Assembly (NCBI GenBank): GCA_026709065.1
Contig: JAPOTS010000115.1
Coordinates: forward strand, 5,929 to 69,928
From: Bacteroidota bacterium
GTDB taxonomy: Bacteria > Bacteroidota > Rhodothermia > Rhodothermales > Bin80
Length of the DNA: 64,000 nt
Direction: 5' to 3'
The position numbers were made by a program, and so were the translations under genes. Of the stretch, positions 51,127 through 60,493 are shown piece after piece (within the stretch, counting starts at the first letter, position 1; each line of letters begins with the position of its first letter). The notes below the pieces were generated by a model, which was not told the origin of the DNA, made no database searches, and saw only the letters and a program-made list of their open reading frames with translations.

Positions 51127-51536
51127 TGTTAGAGAAATATTTTCTTCTTAAAGATTCCCACTTGACTGAATCGCTTGATCAAGGAACCAACACCTGGATC
51201 AATTATCCCAATCCGGTTTCATCTGGATTGTTTGTAGCCGTTGCCGAAATTTTCCCTGGAAAAGGTCATGACTTTCACTGCCACCCTGGACGTGAAGAGT
51301 TGATTGTGGTGATGCAAGGATCCATTGAACAATGGATTGGAGAAACATGTAAAGTTCTGACCGAGGGTGATGCAGTGATGATTCCCGAAGGAGTTCCGCA
51401 TGCCTCCTTCAATACGGGTTCAATTCCCACGACCCTCGTTGTGTCTCTCACGCATCCAGAACTTGAGCTTCCGCTCTCCGAAGACTTATCCACCCAAAGG
51501 CCTTGGAATACACTTCGTTCTACTGATTCTTTCTGA
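51126..51536 (+). CDS. Cupin domain protein
   Basis: 136 aa. GHDFHCHPGREELIVVMQG...GDAVMIPEGVPHA has a cupin motif 1/2 arrangement. The start overlaps the upstream stop (TAATG). Confidence 0.7.
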   Translation: MLEKYFLLKDSHLTESLDQGTNTWINYPNPVSSGLFVAVAEIFPGKGHDFHCHPGREELIVVMQGSIEQWIGETCKVLTEGDAVMIPEGVPHASFNTGSIPTTLVVSLTHPELELPLSEDLSTQRPWNTLRSTDSF

Positions 51537-54484
51537 TGAAATCCATCTATTTTATTAGCACTCTCTTTCTCATTTTGACAGGCTGTTCTGGGGAGACAGT
51601 CCTGCGTTATACAACCGAGAGTAATGGCATAGGTTTTCATGAACTCCAACTGCCTCTAACCCCCGAGGAAACACTCACACAACTTGAAGTTCCAGAAGGA
51701 TTTAAGGCTCATATTTTTGCTCATGAACCCGATATCGTCAATCCAATTGCTCTCACTTGGGATGAGCGTGGACGACTATGGGTGGTTGAATCAACCAACT
51801 ATCCCCATGATCATGTTGGTGAAAAATCAGGCAGGGATCGTATCACCATTTGTGAGGACACCGATGGAGATCTTCGTGCAGATACCTTTATACGCTTTGC
51901 GGAAAATCTCCCCCTTACCACTGGAATTGCACTTGTGAAAGATGGGGCTATTGTTGGTCAAGCCCCCCACCTTGTCTTGCTTAAAGATACCGATGGCGAT
52001 GATCGTGCAGACCAACAACAGATCCTTGTCAAAGATGCCTTTGGTACGTATGATACGCACGCGGTCATGAGTAATCTGAAAATCGGGATTGATAATTTTC
52101 TTTGGGGAGCAGTCGGATACAGTGGACTCTACGAACCTGGGCATGCACCCGATCCTGATGCACTGACTCTAAAAAGGGGAATCTTCCGGGTGGGTATTGA
52201 TGGAACACAGCTTGAACCGATTGCCGAGTTTAGCAATAATACATGGGGGCTAGGCATTGGCGAGGATAATACGATCTATGGATCTACGGCAAATAATAAT
52301 CATGCAGTCGTTGTAGGGATTCCCCTACGCTATGAAGCTGGACTGAATGTTGCATATGTCCAAAGCCATTATGCTGTGAAACATTCTTCTCCTCGTCCAC
52401 TTCAACAGGTAGATTTTCGGGATGGATTCACTGCCGCTGCTGGTGCGTTTCCATACAATGGCCGACGTTTCCCGTCAGACTATTGGGGAGCTCTCATGGT
52501 CGCAGAACCGACGGCACATATTGTACATGTCGGACAACTTGAGCCTGATGGGAGTATTGAAAAAGAATCGGAAGGAGAAATTTTAAATATCCTTGCCAGT
52601 CGTGATGAATGGGTTGCTCCTGTTTTTGCAGATATTGGCCCTGACGAAAATCTTTGGATCGCGGATTGGTACAATCCAGTTATTCAGCATAACCCCGATC
52701 GGCGGGGGATGGTGAATCAGATTTGGAATGATAGCACGGGGCCAGGCAATGCCCACCTCAACCCACTACGTGATCAAACCCATGGACGCATTTATGTGGT
52801 TTCTTATGGAGAGTCTTCTGGGCAACATCATCTGTCCTATGATGAACCTCAGGGATTGGTGGATGCACTCAGCCATACCAACCAATTCTGGCGACTGACC
52901 GCTCAGCGAATGTTGGTAGAAAGTAAGCCTGATGGGATTGAAGAGGATCTCATACAACTCGTTACTCGTCATGCAATAGATGAAACAGGATTTGATCCAG
53001 GAGCGGTGCATGCACTTTGGACATTAAAGGGACTTGGAGCTGATGATGCATTAGAAATCGCTTTGGATGCGGCTCTGCCACACCCTTCACCTGCCGTGCG
53101 AAAGGCCAGTATTCAAACTCTTCCTCATCGTTACAAAAGTAGTGAATTGTTGATACGGCATAATGCTTTACGTGACGAGAACTTGCATGTACGCTTACAT
53201 GCTCTATTGGCCGCCATTGATATTGGATTTCAATCCCATCCACGAATTTTATCAGAGGCGATGAAGTCATTGCGAGGAGGAGATTCATGGATCATTGCGG
53301 CATACTCTGCTCTGGCTCCTATCGGCATGATTGAGACTCCTCCCGATCCAATTCTAATTCCTGAACCTGAACCTGAATTACTTCCCCCTGCAGTGTTGAT
53401 GCTAACAGCACCTGATGGTCTAATGAGATTTGAGCCGACCGTTTTGCATGCTTTTTCTGGTCAACCCATTACGATCGACTTTATGAATCAGCATCCAGAT
53501 CTCCACAATGTTGTCATCCTACCGTCTAACACAGATATAGAGGCGTTAGGGGAAGATCTAAACCAGTATATGACCGATGCATCTAGTTCGGATACAGACT
53601 ACATTCCTCCATCACGCCTTGATGAGATTCTCGGATCAAGTTCTGTATTGTCTCAAAGCGACTCGTCAACGGATACAATAGGATCTCTTGCCAAAGGAAG
53701 CTATCCATTTTTGTGTACTGTACCAGGACATTGGTCCCTCATGCAGGGAATGCTGCATGTCATGGATCCCCCTGAACTCCCACGAAACGATGCTGGCTGG
53801 ACTTGGACTGGATCGGATCCCCAGCTTGCCCCGATCGTGTCTCTGGCAGGAGCTCAAAGCCGCACCTCTCAGTCCCACTATCATGCTCGAGTATTTGGAT
53901 TTACAGATGGACAGATCCTCTATGGTGCAGGGGATCGTACATTTGTTTACACAGAGGCAGCGGATGAAACCTTTGAGCGTCTACTTGAAGATGCTTCTCT
54001 GCTTATGCTTGCCAATAATAAGCCTATAGAGAGACTCGAAAGTCGTCAAGCAATCTTCAATCATGTCAACAATGGTCGTCCATTAATCATTATTCATCCA
54101 GCGACATGGTATAATTGGGAGGATTGGCCAGAATATAATGAGTTACTTGTGGGTGGCGGTGCACGAAGCCATGAGCCACTTCAACCCTTTTCAGTGGAAA
54201 TTCTCCAACGAGATCATCCGTTAATGGAGGATGTTCCGACGAACTTTGAAATTACCGATGAATTGTATCGTGCTGAGTTGAACCCAGATTCAAACGCAAA
54301 TATTTTAGCCATTGGTCGGTCCTTTGAAACCGGTGAAACCTATCCAGTGATCTGGACGCGCCAGATTGGAGATGCTATGATTTTGGTCAACACATTAGGG
54401 CATGATGACCGTGCACATGATCACATGGCATATAAACGCATCCTATTCAATGCACGTGGTTGGTTGCTGCAGGAAACCAAGTAG
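51536..54484 (+). CDS. Multidomain lipoprotein: membrane-bound-dehydrogenase-type beta-propeller, HEAT repeats, azurin-like cupredoxin and a ThuA-like domain
   Basis: 982 aa with lipobox LILTGCSG. The N-terminal region (LEVPEGFKAHIFAHEPDIVNPIALTWDERGRLWVVE, DTDGDLRAD, DTDGDDRAD) looks like the Planctomycetes/Verrucomicrobia dehydrogenase domain. HEAT-like PSPAVRKASIQTL and NLHVRLHAL. Blue-copper ligand pattern H657...C727-TVPG-H732-WSL-M736. The C-terminal ThuA-like region reads IIIHPATWYNWEDWPEY...LGHD. The start overlaps the upstream stop (TGATG). Confidence 0.75.
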   Translation: MKSIYFISTLFLILTGCSGETVLRYTTESNGIGFHELQLPLTPEETLTQLEVPEGFKAHIFAHEPDIVNPIALTWDERGRLWVVESTNYPHDHVGEKSGRDRITICEDTDGDLRADTFIRFAENLPLTTGIALVKDGAIVGQAPHLVLLKDTDGDDRADQQQILVKDAFGTYDTHAVMSNLKIGIDNFLWGAVGYSGLYEPGHAPDPDALTLKRGIFRVGIDGTQLEPIAEFSNNTWGLGIGEDNTIYGSTANNNHAVVVGIPLRYEAGLNVAYVQSHYAVKHSSPRPLQQVDFRDGFTAAAGAFPYNGRRFPSDYWGALMVAEPTAHIVHVGQLEPDGSIEKESEGEILNILASRDEWVAPVFADIGPDENLWIADWYNPVIQHNPDRRGMVNQIWNDSTGPGNAHLNPLRDQTHGRIYVVSYGESSGQHHLSYDEPQGLVDALSHTNQFWRLTAQRMLVESKPDGIEEDLIQLVTRHAIDETGFDPGAVHALWTLKGLGADDALEIALDAALPHPSPAVRKASIQTLPHRYKSSELLIRHNALRDENLHVRLHALLAAIDIGFQSHPRILSEAMKSLRGGDSWIIAAYSALAPIGMIETPPDPILIPEPEPELLPPAVLMLTAPDGLMRFEPTVLHAFSGQPITIDFMNQHPDLHNVVILPSNTDIEALGEDLNQYMTDASSSDTDYIPPSRLDEILGSSSVLSQSDSSTDTIGSLAKGSYPFLCTVPGHWSLMQGMLHVMDPPELPRNDAGWTWTGSDPQLAPIVSLAGAQSRTSQSHYHARVFGFTDGQILYGAGDRTFVYTEAADETFERLLEDASLLMLANNKPIERLESRQAIFNHVNNGRPLIIIHPATWYNWEDWPEYNELLVGGGARSHEPLQPFSVEILQRDHPLMEDVPTNFEITDELYRAELNPDSNANILAIGRSFETGETYPVIWTRQIGDAMILVNTLGHDDRAHDHMAYKRILFNARGWLLQETK

Positions 54485-54572
54485 TATGGGATTTGAATGA
54501 ACGTATCTACATCACAACAAACCCCTTGTTGATGTAATCTTGCCTGAATCTTGTCTGTTCCTGTCGGTCAAA

Positions 54573-55790
54573 ATGAACAGTGGAGTCCTGCCTTTACTGG
54601 TTTGCATGGTAGCTTGCTCGTCGGATCCCCGCCCCAATATTGTCCTTATTATGGCTGATGATATGGGCTATAAAATCCTTTTGATCAATGGTGGCTCAGT
54701 TATGACACTCTAAATTTAGACTCCCTTGCTGAGCATGGAATGCGCGCTTTACCATAAATTCTCTACCCCACTCTGTACCCCCTCAAGGGTACAATTGATG
54801 ACGGGGAAATATAATTTTAGAAACTACCGTGGATTTGGGATTTTGGCTCCTCAGGAGCAGATCATGGCTAACTTGTTACAAGATCTTGGATACACCAATG
54901 GGGTTGTGGGCAAGTGGCAACTCTATGGAAACGAGTATCTGCGAACATTGGCAGAAAGTGATGGAGCCTCTCCTACTCAAGCTGGGTTTGAAGAATTTGC
55001 TCTGTGAAGCTATTTGAACTTGGCAGTCGGTATTATTCCCCTACCATTCATTATTCGGGTAACGAGCCTATAGTATTTCCAGACTCCTACGGGCCGATCT
55101 TTTTGCCGACTATATTGAAGAATTCTTCCAACCACATCAGGAAGATTCATGCTTTTTGTATTTCCCAATGGTTCTTCCGCACGATCCATTTTTCCAACTC
55201 CAAGTCACCCCGATTTTGATCTTTCTTTAACGGATAGCGACCCAAATATTTTCCTGTCATGACCAACCATGTGGATCAAGTTGTAGGCCGTATAACAGAT
55301 CAACTTTATGCATTGGATCTTGACCGTAAAACAGTGCTCTTATTCACGACAGATAATGGCTGCATCGAAGCATTACATCACGTCTCATGTGATGGGTTTG
55401 ATCCAAGGCAATAAAGGGTATCTGATACCGCTGGAACGCATGTACCCCTGATTGCATACTAGCCCAGTATTATCAATCCGAATATTGTTGATGATGCACT
55501 CATTGATTTTACGGATTTTCTTGCGACCTGATGGAAGTCGCTGGAAGTACAGTTCCAGATCAGTTTGTATCTGATGGACTGAGTTTCTAAGGTCATTTGA
55601 CTGGGAATGCAGATACAACCCGCCAGTGGATATACTGCCATTATCGTCCAGGGTGGGGGTCATTTAAGCCAGCACGATGGGCACAGAATCATCACTGGAA
55701 CTCTATGGAGATGGTAAGTTTTTCAACTGGTCACAGATGATGAAGAAGTTAAGACAGAGTTTATTCAACTTGAACGTCTATCTGCGCAGG
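54573..55790 (+). pseudogene. Sulfatase (arylsulfatase-like) pseudogene with multiple frameshifts and stops
   Basis: Fragments lie in different frames: signal peptide plus PNIVLIMADDMGY; LNLDSLAEHGMR; STPLCTPSRVQLMTGKY (C-x-P-x-R formylglycine motif); VVGKWQL; LLFTTDNG. Confidence 0.7.
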
Positions 55791-55879
55791 CATCGTACAT
55801 GATCATTCGCATTAACTTCCACGGTATAATCTCCCTAACAGTAAACAATCGCTTAATGATGCTCATGTCGGCAGAGTGA

Positions 55880-56620
55880 TTACTCCCAATGTACATAAGA
55901 ACCTACCTTTTCTCCAAACATAATTTTTTGGAGAGTGCCTGAGCGCGTTATATTGCAGACAACAATCGGTAGCTTAGACTCTTCACATAAAGTGAAAGCC
56001 GTCTTATCCATCACGCGGAGCCCACGACGGATCACCTCGTGTCCGCCTATATAGGCAAAATGCTCAGCGTGTTGATGTAACTCTGGATCATCCGAATAAA
56101 TTCCGTCTACACGGGTGGCTTTAATCAGCACATCGGCATCAATTTCTAAGGCACGCAGAGCTGCCGCTGTATCAGTGGTGAAGTAGGGATTCCCTGTTCC
56201 AGATCCAAAAATTACAATGCGTCCCTTCTCTAAATGACGAATCGCTCGTCTTCGAATAAAGGGCTCCGCAATCTCTTCCATCTTTATCCCCGAAAGCAGT
56301 CTAGTCTTGAGAGATAGCTGCTCCAAGGCATCCTGCAAGGCCATAGCATTGATCATAGTCGCAAGCATTCCCATATAATCACCGTGAGCACGGGTCATCC
56401 CTTGTGTGGTAGTCATCTCGCCACGAAATATATTCCCTCCACCAATAACGATGGCTAACTCAACATCATGATCTATGACGGATTTAAGGTCCTTTGCCCA
56501 AGCATCAAGGACCTTCGCATCAATGCCGAAAGATTGATCTCCAAGAAGGGCTTCACCGCTAAGTTTGATCAATACCCGTTTGTAAATGGGCTTCTCTGAG
56601 GGAGCGGTTTGTAATGCCAT
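55880..56620 (-). CDS. pyrH: UMP kinase
   Basis: YKRVLIKLSGEAL, IVIGGGNIFRG and GTGNPYFTTDTAAALRA. I prefer the start at MALQTAPSEK, which avoids overlap with tsf. Confidence 0.95.
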   Translation of the reverse strand: MALQTAPSEKPIYKRVLIKLSGEALLGDQSFGIDAKVLDAWAKDLKSVIDHDVELAIVIGGGNIFRGEMTTTQGMTRAHGDYMGMLATMINAMALQDALEQLSLKTRLLSGIKMEEIAEPFIRRRAIRHLEKGRIVIFGSGTGNPYFTTDTAAALRALEIDADVLIKATRVDGIYSDDPELHQHAEHFAYIGGHEVIRRGLRVMDKTAFTLCEESKLPIVVCNITRSGTLQKIMFGEKVGSYVHWE

Positions 56621-56631
56621 CACATTGGGAA

Positions 56632-57462
56632 CTATTCCCCCAGCGCACAACGAACAAACCCCTTCACATCGGCACCTGCCGCTTTGAGAACCTCTCGGAC
56701 TCGCTGAGAGGCATCCTTGACAAATGGTTGCTCAACAAGAACATTGTCCTTAAAAAATCGCTCCAACTTCCCCTGAGCAATCCTATCAAGAATCTGTTCA
56801 GGCTTGCCCTCCATTCGTGCAGACTCTCGGCCAATTTCAAATTCTTTATCTTGAATCTCCTGAGGGACATCGTTGCGCTGAGCTGCAATAGGGTTAAGTG
56901 CAGCAACCTGCATGGCGATATCTCTACCCGTAGAAGACAAATCGCCTTGACCAGTAAGAGAAACCAAAACGCCCAAGCGGTCTCCAGGGTGGATATAATC
57001 AATCACTTGACCTCCTTCAGAAGACAGGGTGAAAAATCGGCGCACTTGAAGCTTTTCTCCGATCTTGCCCGTGAGATCAGTGATCGTTTCCATGACAGTA
57101 CGGCCATGATTAAGTGGCAAGGCTAATAAATCGTCAAGCGTTGAGGGTTGGCAATTGAGAATTACATCAGCAACCGAATTTGTAAATAAAACAAACTCAT
57201 CATTGCGCGCAACGAAATCGGTTTCACAATTCACCTCAACAATAATTCCCGTTTGCTGAGAATCATCAATGCGGGTGACAATCAACCCTTGAAGTGCCTC
57301 GCGCTCAGCCCGTTTGGCCGCAACTTGTTGACCTTTCTTACGCAACAGATCAATGGCAGCATCCAAATCACCACCAGAATCTTGTAAAGCACGCTTGCAA
57401 TCCATCATGCCAGCGCCCGTAAGGTCACGAAGTTGTTTTACATCTTTTGCTGAAATAGACAT
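56632..57462 (-). CDS. tsf: Elongation factor Ts
   Basis: 276 aa with UBA-like N-terminus VKQLRDLTGAGMMDCKRAL. Confidence 0.95.
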   Translation of the reverse strand: MSISAKDVKQLRDLTGAGMMDCKRALQDSGGDLDAAIDLLRKKGQQVAAKRAEREALQGLIVTRIDDSQQTGIIVEVNCETDFVARNDEFVLFTNSVADVILNCQPSTLDDLLALPLNHGRTVMETITDLTGKIGEKLQVRRFFTLSSEGGQVIDYIHPGDRLGVLVSLTGQGDLSSTGRDIAMQVAALNPIAAQRNDVPQEIQDKEFEIGRESARMEGKPEQILDRIAQGKLERFFKDNVLVEQPFVKDASQRVREVLKAAGADVKGFVRCALGE

Positions 57463-57526
57463 GAAATCGTTTAGTTAAGTAGGTTTCGGGAGGACGGTCA
57501 ACACAAGTTCAAAAGCTTAGGAGCAA

Positions 57527-58324
57527 TTAAGTGCTTACCGTCCCCTTTTGCTTCTGATCACTCTGACGCTTCGCCTCTGCAGCCTTTTTATTTTCAGCGT
57601 CAATTTGGCCCGATTTTCGTCCTTCACTGATAGCCTGCGCTATAGTATTGGTCACAATCTGAATGGATTTGAAGGCATCATCATTACAAGGAATCACATG
57701 ATTCACTAAATCTGGATCACAGTTGGAATCAACTAAGGCAATAATCGGAATTCCAAGTTTACGAGCTTCATTTACAGCAATGCGTTCCCTGCGAATATCC
57801 ACAACAAATAAACAGCCAGGAGTGCGTGGCATAGATGCAATACCCCCCAGATTCCTCTGCAACTTGTCTAATTCACGAGACTTCATCAAACGCTCTTTCT
57901 TTTTCAGTTGATCAAGCGTACCATCCTCCCCCATTTTAGCTAAATTCTCCATACGCCGGATGCTGTTACGAATCGTCTGAAAGTTGGTGAGGGTTCCACC
58001 GAGCCATCGTTCAACCACATAGGGGGAATCGCACGATTGCGCCGCTTGGCGAACAGTGTCTCTGGCCTGCTTTTTTGTGCCAACAAACAAAATAGATTTT
58101 CCCTGTTTAGCAAACCGAGCTGCAACTGCCGCTGCCTGCGAAAGCATCTTTTGAGTTTGGAGCAGATCAATGATATGGATCCCATTGCGTTGCATAAAGA
58201 TGTAGCTACGCATTTTTGGATTCCATCGACTGGTCAAATGCCCAAAATGTGTTCCAGCTTTAAGCAGATCATCAACAGGGACGATATGATCGCTGGGGTT
58301 GGTCGTAGAGTGTGTATTGGTCAT
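57527..58324 (-). CDS. rpsB: 30S ribosomal protein S2
   Basis: 265 aa; LLKAGTHFGHLTSRWNPKM and WLGGTLTNF. Confidence 0.95.
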   Translation of the reverse strand: MTNTHSTTNPSDHIVPVDDLLKAGTHFGHLTSRWNPKMRSYIFMQRNGIHIIDLLQTQKMLSQAAAVAARFAKQGKSILFVGTKKQARDTVRQAAQSCDSPYVVERWLGGTLTNFQTIRNSIRRMENLAKMGEDGTLDQLKKKERLMKSRELDKLQRNLGGIASMPRTPGCLFVVDIRRERIAVNEARKLGIPIIALVDSNCDPDLVNHVIPCNDDAFKSIQIVTNTIAQAISEGRKSGQIDAENKKAAEAKRQSDQKQKGTVST

Positions 58325-58419
58325 AAAGGAAAATGGGTTTAACCGCCAAGATGATCATTTACAATAGCCAACCAGAAGGCACCCGGCCAAGCATCACATC
58401 TCGTGCGAGGTGGAATAAA

Positions 58420-58815
58420 TTATCGTTTAGAAAATTGGAATCGTTTACGTGCCTTGGGGCGTCCGTATTTTTTGCGCTCAACCATCCGAGGATCACGGGT
58501 TAAAAATCCTGCATCCCTCAGTGGCTTACGATGCTCTTCATCTGCCAGCACAAGTGCACGAGATGCGCCAAGACGAATGGCTTCGGATTGACCTGTCAGC
58601 CCCCCGCCTTTAACATTTACTAAAAGGTCATATTGACCAGCAGTTCCCGTGACATCAAAGGGAGACAATAGGGCTTGCCGTCGGGTTTCAACTTTGAAAT
58701 ACTCGTCAATCGGTCGCCGATTAATGAGTATCTCTCCACTTCCAGGACGCAGATATACACGAGCAGTTGACGTTTTTCTACGACCGATACCAATGAATTG
58801 AGTAAGATTCGCCAT
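58420..58815 (-). CDS. rpsI: 30S ribosomal protein S9
   Basis: 131 aa; C-terminus [17 protein letters not shown]. Confidence 0.95.
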   Translation of the reverse strand: MANLTQFIGIGRRKTSTARVYLRPGSGEILINRRPIDEYFKVETRRQALLSPFDVTGTAGQYDLLVNVKGGGLTGQSEAIRLGASRALVLADEEHRKPLRDAGFLTRDPRMVERKKYGRPKARKRFQFSKR

Positions 58816-58835
58816 AAAAGATTGATAGAGTATTG

Positions 58836-59279
58836 CTAGAGTGAGAGTTCTTCAGGTTGTTGTGCAGTGTGCGGATGCTCATGCCCAGAGTAGACCTTGA
58901 GTTTAGTCAACATTTGCCGGCCAAGCGGCCCCTTTGGCAACATTCCCTTAACAGCATGACGCAAGAGATGCTCAGGCTTTCTTTGTCGCATGACGCTGGC
59001 GCTTCGAGATTTTAAGCCGCCTGGGTAACCGCTATAGCTGTAATATAATTTGGCTTCTTCCTTGTTACCAGTGAAGCGAACCTTGTCAGCATTGACGATG
59101 ATAACAAAATCGCCCGTGTCAACATGAGGAGTAAACGAAGGCTTGTGTTTGCCGCGCAAAAGGGTTGCAACTTGCGATGCTAATCGACCGACTACCACCT
59201 GCTCAGCGTCAATCACATACCATTTGCGTTGTACCTCAGAGGCTTTTACACTGCGAGTTTTGTAACTTTGTGTGTCCAT
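58836..59279 (-). CDS. rplM: 50S ribosomal protein L13
   Basis: 147 aa; [35 protein letters not shown]. Confidence 0.95.
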   Translation of the reverse strand: MDTQSYKTRSVKASEVQRKWYVIDAEQVVVGRLASQVATLLRGKHKPSFTPHVDTGDFVIIVNADKVRFTGNKEEAKLYYSYSGYPGGLKSRSASVMRQRKPEHLLRHAVKGMLPKGPLGRQMLTKLKVYSGHEHPHTAQQPEELSL

Positions 59280-59349
59280 TGCTTGGATAAAATTAAGCGT
59301 AGGACACTGAAACGCAGTACTAAATAATAAAGTTCATTTTGATCAGCAA

Positions 59350-60480
59350 TTACTCAAGTTTATTGAGCATGATGGGCATGATCAAAAACGTGAGATGAAT
59401 GTCATCATCTTGTGGGACGGGCTTTAACAGAGCAGCTCGATTGGGAATGCCCATAGATAGCGTAATCTCGTCTGACGGTAGATATCGGAGCAGTTCCAAG
59501 AGATACTGGGCATTGAAACCGATTTGTGTTGGCTCCCCACTGTAGGAGCAATTGACAGTTTCGGATCCTTTGGAAGAGCGTTCAACATCCACTGCATTGA
59601 TGACAATTGTATCATCTTTGCAATCTAAAACGATATGATTTGAGTTCTCCGATGCAAAAATATTGACGCGTTGAATACTACCGAGAAGCTCTCTTCGATC
59701 CACAAGAACAATCTTGTCATTTTCTTCTGGGATTGCACGTTCATACTTTGGGAATTTCGCGTTAATCAGCCGGCTGATGACCTGTGCGTATCCTAAGTCA
59801 AGACATAGATGATTCTCGGTAATCTGAATTGAGCATTTATCAAGACCGTCGATGCGTGCAAATTGTTGAAATGCCTTATGAGGAGCTAAGGCTTTTACGT
59901 CTAGATCGCCATCATATGACTTGAAGATGCAACGTGTGAGACGATGTCCATCAGTTGAAACAACTCGTGCGGAGCCCTCCAGAATTTCAAACAGAATTCC
60001 CATCATTCCAGGTCGTGAAGCATCTTGGCCAGTCGCAAACCCGACCAAATCAAATCCCGTCTTTAGGAGTTGACGGTCAAATTGAATCTCTTGCGCATCA
60101 GTGATAGACGGAAATTCAGGGAAAGATTCTCCTTTATATCCCATCCAGTCATACTGCCCACTCGCGTGAGAAAGAACGATCTTACATTTGTCGTCAATCT
60201 CACAGGTAATCGGGATATCGGGAAGGGATCTGCATGTATCTAGAAATTCTTGGGCAGGAACAGCGATCACATTAGGTTCATCACCTTCTTCGCTTAGAAA
60301 ATTGACTGGAATCTTATGACGGATGGATATTTCCATGTCAGTAGCACGAAGTTCTAGGAGATCATTCTTGCGCTCCAAGAGGACACATTTGAGAATTTCC
60401 TTTTCAGGTTTTTTTGGTAAGGCACCACATACACCATCAAGTGCACGATAGAGATCGGTATTAACAGTTGTAAATTTCAT
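59350..60480 (-). CDS. dnaN: DNA polymerase III beta sliding clamp
   Basis: 376 aa with three-domain clamp length. Lies immediately downstream of dnaA. Confidence 0.93.
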   Translation of the reverse strand: MKFTTVNTDLYRALDGVCGALPKKPEKEILKCVLLERKNDLLELRATDMEISIRHKIPVNFLSEEGDEPNVIAVPAQEFLDTCRSLPDIPITCEIDDKCKIVLSHASGQYDWMGYKGESFPEFPSITDAQEIQFDRQLLKTGFDLVGFATGQDASRPGMMGILFEILEGSARVVSTDGHRLTRCIFKSYDGDLDVKALAPHKAFQQFARIDGLDKCSIQITENHLCLDLGYAQVISRLINAKFPKYERAIPEENDKIVLVDRRELLGSIQRVNIFASENSNHIVLDCKDDTIVINAVDVERSSKGSETVNCSYSGEPTQIGFNAQYLLELLRYLPSDEITLSMGIPNRAALLKPVPQDDDIHLTFLIMPIMLNKLE

Positions 60481-60493
60481 AGTAGGAAGTTAT

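Noticed and set aside
53337-53375. Short tandem CCTGAA repeats (cctgaacctgaacctgaa).
   Set aside because: They lie inside the 982-aa ORF and encode a PEPEPE interdomain linker. They are too short and in-frame to count as a regulatory or CRISPR-like repeat.
54509-54535. Hairpin ACATCACAACAA-ACCCC-TTGTTGATGT after the 982-aa gene, as a possible terminator.
   Set aside because: The stem is bulged and no T tract follows, so support is too weak to list as a feature.
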